From: Lama glama
Taxonomy: Eukaryota
Assembly: GCA_028534125.1 (NCBI GenBank)
Contig: CM052817.1
Location: forward strand, 68,698,001-68,762,000
Reading direction: 5' to 3'
DNA length: 64,000 nt
Position 1 is the first letter of the stretch. Each line of letters opens with the position of its first letter. The notes beneath the pieces are model-generated. The model saw only the letters and a program-made list of their open reading frames with translations. It did no database searches and had not been told where the DNA came from. The translations under genes were made by a program, and so were the position numbers. This document shows positions 1 through 13,200 of the stretch, piece after piece.

Positions 1-1081
1 GCTTTCATATCATAAATTGTGAATTTTAGCATGAAGTATTTTGAGGGTTGGTTTTCTTTTTATAAAAAAAGCAAACATTTAAGTGTTCTTTGTATAAGAT
101 GGTTATTGCCTAATTGAAATTTGTCTTATTTGTCCATTATTAGCCAATTTTTTCTTTATGAAAAAAATTTACCATTTATTGAGTGTGCATCATTTATTTA
201 AAATCAGAAGTATTTCAGAAGTGCTTATGTCATAGTTTGAATTATAAATTGATGTTAAATTAGGTAAAAAAGAGCAATTCATAGTATTGTTAATGATTAA
301 CCTTGTCTTTTGTCAGTGTGACTATTTTTCTTAATTGGCAGTTTGAACTTAAGTATGATAAATTAATCTCAGGATATTTGCTTATATGCATTTTTCTGCA
401 CATTGATAATTTTTTTCTAATTTCTATGAATTAGTTTAAAGTTAAAATTCTTATTCTAATTTCTTTTACATAGGATACAGTATGATACTGACATTATTTG
501 GGTAGGTGTATGAATAATATGGATGTTTTCCTAATTGTTGACCTTTTTCTTTTAATATTTGTTTGGCCTTCCTAATTTACTTATTTTTCCTTAAATTTGT
601 ACATAATTAAATAAACAGTAGAAATATCCAATATACAAAAGAAAGATAGAAAGAAAGAATTCAGCAATTCTTTTTACTTTGGAACCCAGTCGTGGTGCTC
701 GGTTATCCCTTAGTTGAAGTTATTGTTATTTTTTCCCTTAGCGTTCCCATCTTATGTCATAATAGTCTGCAGTGTTTTAAAGCTTTCTTTAAAGCTTTCC
801 AGCCTAAAATATGGTTAAGTAGCATGTTTTCTGCTTTTTAGAAAAAAATCAATTTTCTTTTCCAAACAGAATGAGAAATTAACCTATTAATATTTCCGCC
901 TTCTGTTTGGTCTGTTGCTCTATGTAGGAAAAATGTTTTTCATTGTTCTGTTACAGTAGAAAATGCTTTTCATTTCAGACTGCTTGTTCGTGGTGTCCTA
1001 TACAATTAATTTATTCCTTCTACAGTATAATTTATCACTTTTATTTTTTCACTTAGGATTTTCTGCCGTTTCTTGGCAAAA

Positions 1082-1190
1082 ATGGCAACCAGTGATGCTG
1101 TTCTGAAGAGACTAGAACAGAAGGGTGCAGAGGCAGATCAAATTATTGAATATCTTAAGCAGCAAGTTGCTCTTCTTAAGGAGAAAGCAA
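1082..1190 (+). CDS. AIMP1: AIMP1 coding exon 1 (MATSDAVLKRLEQKGAEADQIIEYLKQQVALLKEKA), N-terminal helical/coiled-coil region; exon starts at 1057
   Basis: Acceptor ttcacttag at 1055-1056, ATG at 1082, donor gtaaga at 1191. 109 coding nt, phase 1. Translation matches the recalled AIMP1/p43 N-terminus. Confidence 0.97.
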
Positions 1191-2494
1191 GTAAGAAAAT
1201 TTAAATTTTCTAAGAGGATACTCAAAAATGAATTCATAAATTGACAGAGCAGAAAAAAATGTTTTTACGCATACATTATTACTTCACAATCTTATTGATA
1301 ACTTTTATATTCCTTTAATAATAATTTTGAGTGAAATAATATACTAGGATTAAGGTAAGTTAGAATTAGGGTAAGTGAATATATGATATTTAGAGAAAAT
1401 GTATTACTTCAAGACTACTGAAGGAAAATTAATATTTAAAATAAATTGGTATAGAATTAGAGATGAAAAATGAGGAAATTGGGTAAAATCAAGTATGAAC
1501 TAAAACATTCTCTAATCTTGTGTAGAAGAAAATATATACTTTCACATTACTCTCTGCTAAAACATTTTATGAAATGACTTTTACTATTTTTCCAATACTT
1601 TAGTTTTGCTTAGAAATTGCTATGATATGTACAAAAATATCCAATATGAATTTCTGCTTTTAGAATGTAGGTTGACTTTTGTTTTGTTTGTTTAACTGTA
1701 ATTTATTTCTCACTAGCCAATGTTAATGTAATGAAAATTCTAAAATCTTTTACCATCACTTACAGAAATAAATGCTTTTTCTCTGCTACATAAAACTGAA
1801 TGGCTTATAGAATCCTACATTTACTCTCCCCAGATTTTTCCCTTTATCAGTTTTTTTCTTAATTTTAAATACTGTTTTAATTATTTCTTTTTTTATAATA
1901 TTTTATAAGTATTTTTCTTAAGATTTTAAGTGCTTTCTTATTATTTAAAACTCTTAATATTTCTTCCCATTAATAAGAAAATATATAATATAGAGATGGA
2001 TGTAATATAGAGAAGAATTTTTAAATTCTTTTAAGAAAGTAATTTGTAAATAGTAATAATAAAATATGTATTTCAGTAAGTAAATACTTAGGTAGGACTA
2101 TACTCCCAGACATATGAAGGTCATATGCTATATGGTTCAGATATGTGAAATCACCAAGAATGCTACAGGTATAACACCGTTGATATAGACTGATATAGTC
2201 TGCCTTAGTGTAGGCAATTCAGATACCAGAAGCAGCCTTCAGTCATGTTTTTGATTTACTTGGAATGACCAATGATTCTTTAGGTAAAGCTCCTGAACAA
2301 AACAAAGTACAGTCTCTTCTTAATTTGCATGGTACTTGATTCCTAGAAAATTCAGAGTATAATGAAAACATTTAAGAATATTTCATGCTTATATATAAAA
2401 AATGTTTAGGATCTAGGCTCAAATAATTAACAAGATTTTCACTTATACAAATATACAGTAAGTCACTGCAATATCCGGTAGGATGTGAGATGAC

Positions 2495-2655
2495 TGTTCA
2501 TTTTGCAGGAATATCAAGTATATTGCAGGACATCTGGCATCCCTGACCCCTCTCCAACAAATGCCAGTAATGACTCCCATTATTTGTGACAATCAAAATG
2601 CTACCACAGATTTTCAAAATCCCATCTAGGGAGCAGTACCAACCCCACTGAGAGT
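2495..2655. mobile_element. MER20-like hAT-Charlie fragment
   Basis: Resembles the recalled MER20 consensus (gcatccctgacccct...aaatgccagta...ttgtgacaatcaaaatg). Confidence 0.6.
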
Positions 2656-3205
2656 AACTTTTTTTTTTTTTTTTAATATTTCTGTATACCCTGTTGCTCA
2701 CCTTTAACACATACTATATATTGAGCAAATCTTTGGAGTTATTTCATTCATTAAATGTTTGACCAGCTCAACTTCTGTGACATTAGGAGTAAAAGATTAT
2801 TTAGCTCCTTTTACAAGGTAATGACTATAAAGAAATAAATGAGAATAATTTTTTATTGTTTGGTATCATTAGATCTCAAATGTTTTTAAAAAATTGGTAT
2901 ATCTAATATTTGTCTTTGTTTCTTGCAGTTAATGTTACTGACACTCTGAGTTTAAGTTGTCATAAGCATCTTTATAAAAGCTAGGAAAATGATTGGTAAA
3001 CAAAACCTTTTCACAGATTTTCTCCCTTTTTCTCTCTCTTTTAAATATGTTCTTTTAATAAATACTAAACTGATGTAAAGGAACTGGCCAAACATTTGGT
3101 TATGAGCTATGTTTATACTGACTATGCTGTTTTCAAGTAGTATTCATAAGAAACCATTTGGAAAGCACTGCTGTATCGATCTTATATGGATGTTTTTGAT
3201 CTCAG

Positions 3206-3319
3206 TTTTGCAGGCGACTTTGAGAGAAGAAAAGAAACTTCGAGTTGAAAATGCCAAATTGAAGAAGGAAATTGAAGAATTGAAACAAGAGCTAATTAAG
3301 GCAGAAATTCAAAATGGAG
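3206..3319 (+). CDS. AIMP1: AIMP1 coding exon 2 (ILQATLREEKKLRVENAKLKKEIEELKQELIKAEIQNG), coiled coil
   Basis: Acceptor ctcag at 3204-3205 and donor gtgatt at 3320. 114 nt, keeps frame with flanking exons; seen in ORF 3109..3327. Confidence 0.97.
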
Positions 3320-3535
3320 GTGATTAAATATGGAAATGATAGGTTGTTTTAATTTATAATAATAATTAGTATATCATTTATTGTTTATTAAGTTAGGTTT
3401 TATACTTGGTTGCTCATCTTATCCCCACAGCAGCCTTCTCATGCATTCATCCTCCGAGATTGAAGAGACTTAGAAAAGGCAAATGATCTTGCCTGAGATC
3501 ATGCAAAAAGTATCAAAGCTGGGGTTCAGAAACCT

Positions 3536-3744
3536 ATGCTTTTTTTTCTTTTTGGTATATATATTTTTATTGAAGTATAGTCAGTTTACAATGTTGTGTC
3601 AGTTTCTAGCGTATAGCATAATGCTTCCATCATACATGAACATACATATATTTGTTTTCGTATTCTTTTTCACCATAAGTTATTATAAGATATTGAATAT
3701 AGTTCCCTGTGCTATACAGTAGAAACTTGTTTATGTATTTTATA
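3536..3744 (-). mobile_element. 5'-truncated L1 3' end inserted into a MIR
   Basis: T-rich tail then tttattgaagtatagtcagtttacaatgttgtg. Flanking repeat agaaacct at 3528-3535 and 3745-3752. Confidence 0.8.
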
Positions 3745-5369
3745 AGAAACCTGTTTTTAATCTCTGTACTATACTTCAACTTGATCATCACTGTTCCCTA
3801 GTGAATAGTTGTAAGCCATAATAATACTTAATTAGCATTTATTAAGTTTTTCTGTATACCAGGCACTGTGTGCCAAGTGCTTCATACATACACATTTTAT
3901 CCTTAAAATTATTTGTACACAAATATCCTTGTTTTATACATTGAAGCTGAGAGATGTATAGTAATTTGCCTGAAATTAAATACTATTTATAAGTTATCCA
4001 AGCCAGCAGGTAATTATCATTTCAGCTATTATGTTGTAAATAAAATTATATTTTTTTGAATTATTTCAAAGGTGTCTAGCTAAATTTACATTATTATAGA
4101 ATAACATTAATAGTAATAATAATTCTATTATAATTTCAAAGTACCACATAGGAAGGCATTTGATTGTAGTGTAGAAAATATTTCCTAGGTGAATTAAGGA
4201 GGCCCAAGTATAGGGAAACCTCTCTTACTACTGCTTCTTTTGACCTTTATTCTGTCAGTAAGTTATTTTGAATGCTGTACTGTGAACTCTACCCTTAGTG
4301 AGCTAAATAAAAGTAAGGAAAAACATCAATAATATTTATTTAAAGCTATCAACTGGAGAGAATATTTTTTGTCAGTGGAAAATTTGAGGCTAATTGATGT
4401 TTCTCAAGATTAGGAGGTTTGGAATATAGGTATAGAATTACATAAACAACTAAAATATTAGCAATGTTAAACTTCTTGTCATTTCTTCTAGCTCTAGAAG
4501 ATTGCCCTGTAAACATTAAACTTTTAAATTCTCATCTTATTAATGAAATGCTAAAACAAATCAACAGCTTGAATTAAAGTGCTGAATTCCTGTCTGATGG
4601 TGAAACATAAAATAGGAATGGATGGAGGGTCACATTACTAAAAGAAGCAATAGCCTCCAAGGAACTTAAAAAGTACCTCAGAAAAGTGATCTGAATATTG
4701 GCTGGAATGTCAGCCGTATCAAAATCCCTCACAAGATTATATTTTTGTATGTTCACTAGGCTATGAAAATGTTTTTAACATTGCTGAAGCAGTTTTCTTT
4801 GCTTCTTTAAAAAGTTGTTTTTTGAAATAGAATTATGGACAAGTGATGCTATTGTCTCTCCATTAATTCTGATATAGAAATGACTATTACTTAAACATCT
4901 TTCCAGTTGATTGTTCAGTTTAAAAGAAAACCTGAGTGAAAAACATGCCGTGTTGCTAAACCATGAAGGTATAGTCTCTGGAGACAGCCAGCCTGGGTAT
5001 AAATTCTTACTTCCCTACTCACTATGTGTATGAAGGGCCAGTGTCTTCTGTTTGGCTCAGGTTGATCATCTGTAAATAGATATGAATAGAACTTACCACG
5101 TAGGGTATTAATGAGAATTGCAAGAGTTAAATCATATAAAGCATTTTGAAAAGTGTCTAGGACTTACTAAGTTCATAATAAATATTAGCTAAAATTGTTG
5201 TTACCTATAATTTTCTCAGTTTAGTTATTAGTGATTAAATGAAAATAATGTATTCTTTTATCATGGTTAAAATATACATAATTTCTTGGCAGCCTTTTTA
5301 TAATCTCAGATAGTAGAGACTTGATACTCAAATACAATGAATTTCTGTTTTAAAAAGAGTTCATATTTT

Positions 5370-5991
5370 ACCATATGAGCTGGCAATTCCGTTCCTGGGT
5401 TTATATATCCTAAAAAACCAAAAGCACTAATTTGAAAATATACATGCACCCCAGTGTTCATACAAGCATTATTTACAATCACCAAGATACGGAAGCAGCA
5501 TCAATATCCATCAACAGATGAATGGATAAAGATGTGGTATATTTATACAATGGAATACCACTCAGCTATTTAAAAAAAATGAAATTTTGCCATTTGCAGC
5601 AGCATAGATGGATTTGGAGTGTATTATGCTAAGTGAAATAAGTCAGAGAAAGACAAATACTGTATTAAATCACTTACATATGAAATCTAAAAAATAACAA
5701 CAGACTATTAAATATCACAGAAAAGAAGCTGACCCACAGATACAGAGAACAAACTGGTGGTTACCAGTGGGAGAGGGGTGTGGGGAGTTGGAGTATAGGG
5801 GTAGTGAGTTAAGAGGTATAAGCTATTAGGTATAAAGTAAATTACAAGGATATATTGTGCAACATGGAGAGTATAGCCAATATTTTATAATAACTATACA
5901 TGGAGTATAACCTTTACAAATTGTGAATCACTGTATTGTACACCTATAACTTATATAATATTGTATATCAACTATACTTCAATAAAAAAAA
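5370..5991 (+). mobile_element. 5'-truncated L1 (ORF2 end plus 3' UTR), sense to AIMP1
   Basis: Typical L1 3' sequence, AATAAA at 5981 plus A tail, TSD core ttcatatttt at 5360-5369 and 5992-6001, and a TT/AAAA target site. Confidence 0.9.
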
Positions 5992-6071
5992 TTCATATTT
6001 TTGATTCACAGTTTCATGGTTTTCCATTTGTTTGCTTGAATATAAATGGCATTATCTATTTTCTCTGTCAG

Positions 6072-6242
6072 TGAAACAAATACCATTCCCATCTGATACT
6101 CCACTGCAAGCTGATTCTACGGCTTCTGAAAATGTGGTACAGTCTATACCAATAACAACCATATCTTCTGGTGCCAAAGAGCAGATAAAAGGAGGAGGAG
6201 AAGGAGAAGAAAAGAAGGTGAAGGAGAAAATTGAAAAGAAAG
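6072..6242 (+). CDS. AIMP1: AIMP1 coding exon 3 (VKQIPFPSDTP...KEKIEKK), linker and lysine-rich region
   Basis: Acceptor ctctgtcag at 6070-6071 and donor gtattt at 6243. 171 nt; seen in ORF 6032..6259. Confidence 0.96.
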
Positions 6243-6793
6243 GTATTTTTAACCTTTAAAGTTATTTGTCACTTGACTGGTTTATCAGATCAACATTTTT
6301 GATGACAATAATGGCATCACAAAGAAAAGTTCAAACTTTTATGAACTAGAATAAAGTTTGGAATAATCGGATATTGAAACAGAGAAGCTGGGCCCTAAAG
6401 GACATGTGAAGATTGACCAGGTTGACAGGGGTAAGAGTGTGGCATTTGAGGTAGAGAGACCAGCATAACTTAAAACGTAGAAAATAAAGATTACGTGTAG
6501 AGGCTCTTGTATAGTTTGATCTGACTGAATTTAGGTGTATATATAGAGTATATATAGTATATAGGGACTTCAGAGAAGTCGCAGTAGAAAGTTACCTTAG
6601 AATCATTTGTGAAGACAGAAAAAACAGAAGGTATGAACTAAGGCATGGGGGTGTTAAGGTTTGAGGAACCCCAAGGAACTGAAGTAGGAGGTATATCATG
6701 TCCACTTAGGCAGTCAGACTAGAAATCTTACAGTCAACTTAAACTTGTCCCTGTCCCTCAATTTCCATATCTAATTGGCTACCGAAGCCTATA

Positions 6794-8907
6794 CAGGCAT
6801 ACCTTGTAGATGCTGCAGGTTTGATTCTAGACCACTGCAATAAAGCAAATATTGCAAGAAAGCAAGTCACAAGAATTTTTTGGTTCCCAGTACACATGAA
6901 AGTTAGTTTACACTATACTATAGTCTATTAAGTGTTCAATAGTACTACGTCTTAAAAAAATAACATACACACCTTAATTAAAAGTACTTTATTGCTAATG
7001 CTAGCTATCACCTGAGCTTTCAGCAAGTCATAATCTTTTTGCTGGGAGAGAGTCTCTTTTTGATGTTGATGGCTTCTGATTGATCAGCAACCTTGCTGAA
7101 GGCTGGGGTGCCTGTGGCAACTTTTAAAAATAAGACAGTGAAGTTTGCTGTATTGATTGAATCTTCCTCTCAATCTTGCTCATCCATTGGAGGCAACTCT
7201 TTATCCATTAAATTTTATCATGAGATCTCAATAATTCAGTCACACTTTCAGGTTCTACTTCTAATTCTAGTTCTCTTGCTGTTTCCATCACATCTGCAGT
7301 TCCTTCCTCCACTGACTTCTTGAACCCCTCAAATCATCCATGAGGATTGAAATCAGCTTCTTCCAGACCCCTGTTAATGTTGATATTAGACCTCTTTTTG
7401 TTAATTACAAATGTTCTTTATGGTGTCTAGAATAGCAAATGCTTTTCAGAAGGTTTTCAGTTGACTGCCTAGCTCCATCAGGAGAATCACTATGGTATCT
7501 ATAGCCTTACAAAAATGTATTTCTTAAATAATAAGGCTTGAAAGTCAAAATTACTTTTTGATCCATGGGCTACAGACCTTAGTCTCATTGCACATCTTCA
7601 TCAGAGCTCTTGGGTGACCAGGTGCATTGTGGGTGAGCAGGAACAGTTTGAACAGACTCATTTTTTTCTGAGCAGAAAGTCTCAACAGTGGGCTTTAAAT
7701 ATTTAGTAAACCATGTTGTAAACAGATGTGCTGTCATACAGGCTTTGGTGTTTCATTTATAGAGCACAGGCAGAATAGATTTAGCATCATTTTTAAGGGC
7801 CCCACAGTTTTTGGAATGGTAAATGAGCATTGGCTTCAACTTAAAGTCACCAGCTGCATTAGCCCCTGACAAGACAGTCAGCCTGTCCTTTGAAACTAGG
7901 GATTGACTTCTCCTCTCTAGCTATGAAAGTCCTAGATGACATCTTTTTCCAATAGAATGCTGTTTCATCTATGTGGAAAATCTGTTGTTTAGTGTAATGA
8001 GCCACCCTCATTAATTATCTTAGCTAGATCTTCTGGATAACTTGCAGCTTCTACATCAGCACTTACTACTTCACCTTGAATTTTTATGTTACGGAGACAA
8101 CTTTCTTTAAATCATGAACCAATGTCTGCTGACTTTAAACTTTTCTTTTGCAGATTTCTTATCTCTCTTAGCCTTCACAAAACTGAAGAAAGTTGGGGCT
8201 TTGCTCTGGCTTTTGGGCTTTGACTTAAGGGAATGTTGTGTCTGGTTTGGTCTTCTATCCAGACTGGCTAAAACTTTCTCCATGTCACCAATAAGACTGT
8301 TTTGCTTTCTTACCATTCATGTCTTCACTGGAGTAGCACTTTTAATTTCCTTCAACTTTCTTTTGCATTCACAACTTGGCTAATTGGCACAAGAGATCTA
8401 GGTTCTGGCCTGTCTCAGGTTTTGATGTGCCTTCCTCTCTACGCTTAATCATTTCTAGCTTTTGATTTAAAGTAAAGGATGTGTGATTCTTCCTTTCCTT
8501 TGAACACTAAGAGACCGTTGTAGGGTTATTAATTGGCCAAATTTCAACAGTGTGTCTCAAGGAATAGAGAGGCCTGAGGAAAGGGAGAGGGATGGTTTCG
8601 TCTGGTTAGTGGAGCAGTCACAACACACAACATTTATTTAACATTTTATATGGGCATTTGCAATTACAATAGTAACATCAAAGATCACTGACCACAGATC
8701 ACCATAACAAATATAATAATAATGAAAAAGTTTGAAATATTGCAAAAATTACCAAAATGTGACAGAGACATGAAATGAACAAGTGCTTTTGGAAAAATGG
8801 TGCCAAGAGACTTGCTTGATGCAGAGTTGCCATAAACCTTCAATTTGTAAAATAATGCAATATCTGAAGCATAATAAAGGGAAGCACAATAAAATCGGGT
8901 ATGCCTG
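6794..8907 (-). mobile_element. Tigger1 DNA transposon (TcMar/pogo), near full length, transposase degenerate
   Basis: TIRs CAGGCATACC at 6794-6803 and GGTATGCCTG at 8898-8907, with TA duplications at 6792 and 8908. Minus-strand fragment RKQNSLIGDMEKVL resembles the Tigger1 transposase. Confidence 0.93.
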
Positions 8908-9552
8908 TAATTTCTACCACCAAAACACATCTGGAGCCCAGCTCTGTGCCTCCATTTTGTTAGGTGCTTCCAGGTAGCTCAGGTTCTCATGATCTCATTT
9001 GAATTAATGTTAAAGCCTCATGCTTTCTAGTTTACCTTGCTGCTGAAGCTATGTTTTCAATCATAAATCTGACTTCTCTCCTTTATTCCTTTCTAGACTT
9101 TGTTTCCCCAAATATGTCTTAAAAAGTGCTATTGTAATTCATTATGCATGCCTCTCATAATACTTATACTCATTTAAAATTTTTTTTTGGAAAATATAAA
9201 ATGGTTGAGGGGTTTATGAACTAACCAAAGCCATTTTAGCATCTAACACTTGTCAGTTCCTCTTGGTAAGCATCAGGAGCCTCTGTTAGAAGTAGTTAGG
9301 GCCTGGACATCCCTTCTTACATAACTTCACCACTGGGTGGTAATGGTTACAATGGAAGCAAGTCAGGCTTATTCTTTCACTTTATTAATTTTATCATGCA
9401 TCCTGTTCTTATAAGTTTGGTGAGTTCCCTCCTCAAAGAGGGTGCATTATTGTGGCTACAGGATCAGTCAACCTTCCAGTCAAATGGAGCAACCAAACCT
9501 TCCTTTGTGGGAGGAGGGAGCACGCAAGTCCAACTGGAGGTCTAGGTCTAGA

Positions 9553-9740
9553 ATGCCTCTCTCCAATAGAGCTTTCTGTTTTGTGTAGCTGCATTATCCA
9601 ACACAGTAGCCAATAGCCACATGTGGCTATGAACATTTGAAATGTGTCTGGTATGACTGAAAAACTGAATTTTTAATTTAATTTTAAATTTAAATGTAAA
9701 TAGCTGTATGGGGTTGACAGCTCCTGTATTGGACATTGCT
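9553..9740. mobile_element. MER3-like hAT-Charlie MITE
   Basis: tccaatagagctttctg...tagccacatgtggcta...tattggaca with degenerate inverted ends. Confidence 0.75.
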
Positions 9741-11027
9741 GGAATAGTGGGCTGTTCCATAAATGTTTGGCTGCTAAGATTGCCAGATTCCAAAATTCTG
9801 CTCATGCAAGGGCTTTAGTGCTCATATAGTCTTTCTGTATTGCCATATATGAGCATCAATCATTTGTCAGCAAAACATTTATAAAATCCCTAATGATGAC
9901 TAACAGAATTTTGGTATAGATGTTGATTTTTGCAATCACCTCTGTAATATGGATTGCTGATAAAGGTATTTCAGATGCTCAGGTGGTAGATTAAAGTTAA
10001 AAAATGTATATGAATATACTTATATCGTACTGTTATACTGTGTATAGTATTTTAGAGTAAATATATAGTTTATCACTCAAAGGCAACTGCTATTAAGATT
10101 TTTGGTGTGTTTTTTTCTAGTAATCATGCATACATTTTTGTATCATTTATGTCTTTACCATTAAAAAAATCTTCTAGAATGTTATATGGAAAATGGTGTT
10201 TGTTAAAAAAAAATACTAATGAGATTAAAAATTGTCCATTATTTTGAACTAGCTCTACACCCACCTTTGTAAACTATTTTTGTATAAATTGTGAATGTCC
10301 TTTATACAAAATCATTTGTTCCCACTCTGGAGAGTGGAGAGAATTATTCTTTTCTGTGTTTCTATATTTTTTTGTGTATGAAATGTTTATCACATGTTCC
10401 TTGTATACATCTGTCTTAAAAGAGATTTTTAGTGCCTGGCTAGTGTGGGCCACTAATCTTACAATTTGCTGTGTCTTAGATCTCAGTAAATATTTGTTCA
10501 AAGATGAAACAAAGATACAGTTGAGAAAGGATGCTTCGAAGCCACATTACCTTATCTCAACCTTGTAGTTGGAAGATAAATAAGTTTTTATTTTGTTTTA
10601 CTTAAAAAAATTTTTTTTTGTTGCCAGAGAAGCTAAATGTAAACTTAGGGAATATGAACTCTTTACAGGTTGCGTTTTGATTCAGTGGCTAAAGTATCTT
10701 TTGCTAATGAAAGTTATATTAGAAGCATATAAGTAGTAGTAAAATTTTAAAAACATAATCAGAATAAAGTATTCTATTCCCCTCAGATAGTTGCTGTGGA
10801 TAAACCTAAAGCCCTAGTAAGTCTTCAGGGAAATATAAGAAATGGAGAAATTCACTGTAGATTTATTGGTGTGTTTAACTGATGAGAGAAACATTTTATC
10901 AGTGAAATTATATTTGATTGTAGTTCTTTCTATTATTGGCTACTGATTGTGGTATTCTTTATAAATAAAGAATTTTTCACTCTCTAGAGTCACAGTAAAT
11001 CTTAAAAAATTTTTTACATGGCTGTTT

Positions 11028-11238
11028 CAGGGATAGGTAAACTTTCTCTGTAAAGGGCTCTTTAGTAAATATGTTAATAAGCTTTGCAGGCTGTAAAGTC
11101 TCTGTTACAGCTTCTTCACTCTGCTGTAGTACAAAGGCATCCAAACGATACATAAATTAATAAATATGGTTTTGTTCTAGTAAAGCTGTTTGACAACTTT
11201 ACTAGATTTGGTCTGTGAGTCATAGATTACGAACGTCT
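11028..11238. mobile_element. MER58A-like hAT-Charlie MITE
   Basis: cagggataggtaaactttctctgtaaagggc...tagtaaatat...gtctctgttacagct matches the recalled MER58A consensus. Confidence 0.75.
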
Positions 11239-11464
11239 ACGCTATGTCGTCAGCTAGAGAGACAGGTATTCAATGGAGAAACAGCTAAAATAGAATTTAG
11301 ATGTTATGATATGAATAATTCTTTCCTTTGTTTTTATGTAAGTGAATATAGGAGATAAACACTTTTATTTTTCTTTTAAACTCATCAGTATTAATGCTTT
11401 GGAGTTTTTCATAGTGTATTTTTGTTTTACTTCCGATGTTTACTCATTTGTAAGTATTTTTTAG

Positions 11465-11676
11465 GAGAGAAAAAGGAGAAAAAGCAGCAATCAGTAGCAG
11501 GAAGCGCTGACTCTAAGCCTGTCGATGTTTCCCGTCTTGATCTTCGAATTGGTTGTATCATCACGGCCAAAAAACACCCTGATGCAGATTCTTTGTATGT
11601 GGAAGAAGTAGATGTTGGGGAAACAACCCCAAGAACAGTTGTCAGTGGCCTGGTGAATCATGTTCCTCTTGAACAG
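11465..11676 (+). CDS. AIMP1: AIMP1 coding exon 4 ([30 protein letters not shown]...VPLEQ), start of the EMAP II tRNA-binding OB-fold domain
   Basis: Acceptor ttttttag at 11463-11464 and donor gtaatc at 11677. 212 nt; contains the RLDLRIG and KHPDADSLY motifs. Confidence 0.98.
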
Positions 11677-12449
11677 GTAATCTGAACAGCTAAAATTACT
11701 TCTACATATACATGTCACTTTCATTCCCTCTTTCTGAATGATTTTTCATATGATTTTGTATCAGATTACCATTCAACATGAGCCAATATTGGTTAATTCA
11801 GTTGATTCATTTGAATGTAATTAATTCCACCAAAAGTTCATGTAACTACCAAAAACTTGTAAACGATGTATAAATTAAGATCAAATTCATGATCATGGAA
11901 AGAAGAAAAGATGTATTATTTTTTCTCAATTTTCAAAAATGTTTTTATATTAAATATAATATGTATTTTTTTCATCTTCATTGTACCATCATGGAATTTT
12001 ATCATTCCTTGATTTTTTAAAACTCACTGTTACATAAACTCAGACAGCTCCAATCTAAAAGTAAGAGAACGAGTTTTTTTTTCTTAATAACTCAAGAAGT
12101 ATTTTCATACCTGAAGAATAAAGAGGAAAGGGAATCATGAAAATCGAACTTGCAGTTTTTAATGGTATTACTTATTCATTCAATGTTGGATGTTTTGTAT
12201 TTTATTACTTAAGTATTTAAATGTATATATATGTTTCCAATGACATTGGAAAGAATCAAAGACAGTAATAGTTTTTAATTTGCTCTTTCTAGACATCTTC
12301 TTTAGTAATTTGAGTTATCTACCTATTTCCTCTGCCTCATGGTGCTTCAAAGATATCACAAAGACCATAGACTTCAGTATTAAGATGGTCTGCCCCTCTG
12401 TTCATTGCCAACTCTGTTGCTTATTGGCATTGTGAACTCGCACAAGTTC

Positions 12450-12587
12450 CTGCATTCATTCATTCATGTTTCTGCATGCAGATATTTATTAAGCACCCAC
12501 AGTGTACCAGGAATTATTCTAGGCAAGGGGGACAACAGTGAATTAAAATAGATAGATAAGTAGGTAGGTAGGTAGGTAGATAGATAA

Positions 12588-12634
<47 letters not shown>

Positions 12635-13200
12635 TGTTTAAAAAGAAAAAAAAGCAAGAAACCCTGCCTTTGTGAAGCTCATATTCCAATGGGGGAGTCA
12701 GAAAATTATAATACATACTATGTTACATAATGATAAATACCAGGAGAAAAGTAAAGTAGGGAAAGAATCTAGGAAGTATTAAGGCTAGGAAGACGTTGTC
12801 TATATAAAGTGGCCAAGGAGTGCCAAAGAAAGTGATATTTAAGTAAAGGTCTAAGAAAATGAAGAAAACAAGTTATTCTGTCTGGTGGGAGAGCATTTTC
12901 AGGCAGCCCTGAGTCAGATGTATGCCTGGGATGTTTGAAGAACAGCAGGAGGCCAGTGTCACTGTAGCAGAGTAAGCAAGGGGAAATGCCATGGGAGATG
13001 AAATCAGAGATGAGGGTGCCAAATAATAAAAGGTCTTACAGATCATTGTAGAGACTTAAGCTTTTATGCTGAGTGAGATGAAAGCCACTGGAGGATTTTT
13101 GAGCTAAGGAGTAACATGATCTGTCTCACATACTAATAGTATCATCTGGTTGCTTTGTTGAGGGGAGAAAGATGGAATTAAGGAGATCAGTGAAGAAATT
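12450..13200 (-). mobile_element. L2 3' fragment, interrupted by a GATA microsatellite
   Basis: cattcattcattca...tatttattaagcacc...aagccactggaggatttt is characteristic of L2. Confidence 0.75.
12548..12634 (+). repeat. Compound (TAGG)n/(GATA)n microsatellite
   Basis: Directly visible tandem repeats. Confidence 0.97.

Noticed and set aside
7093..8977. Several ORFs as a possible active or domesticated transposase
   Set aside because: Short fragments of a degenerate Tigger1 with stops and frameshifts.
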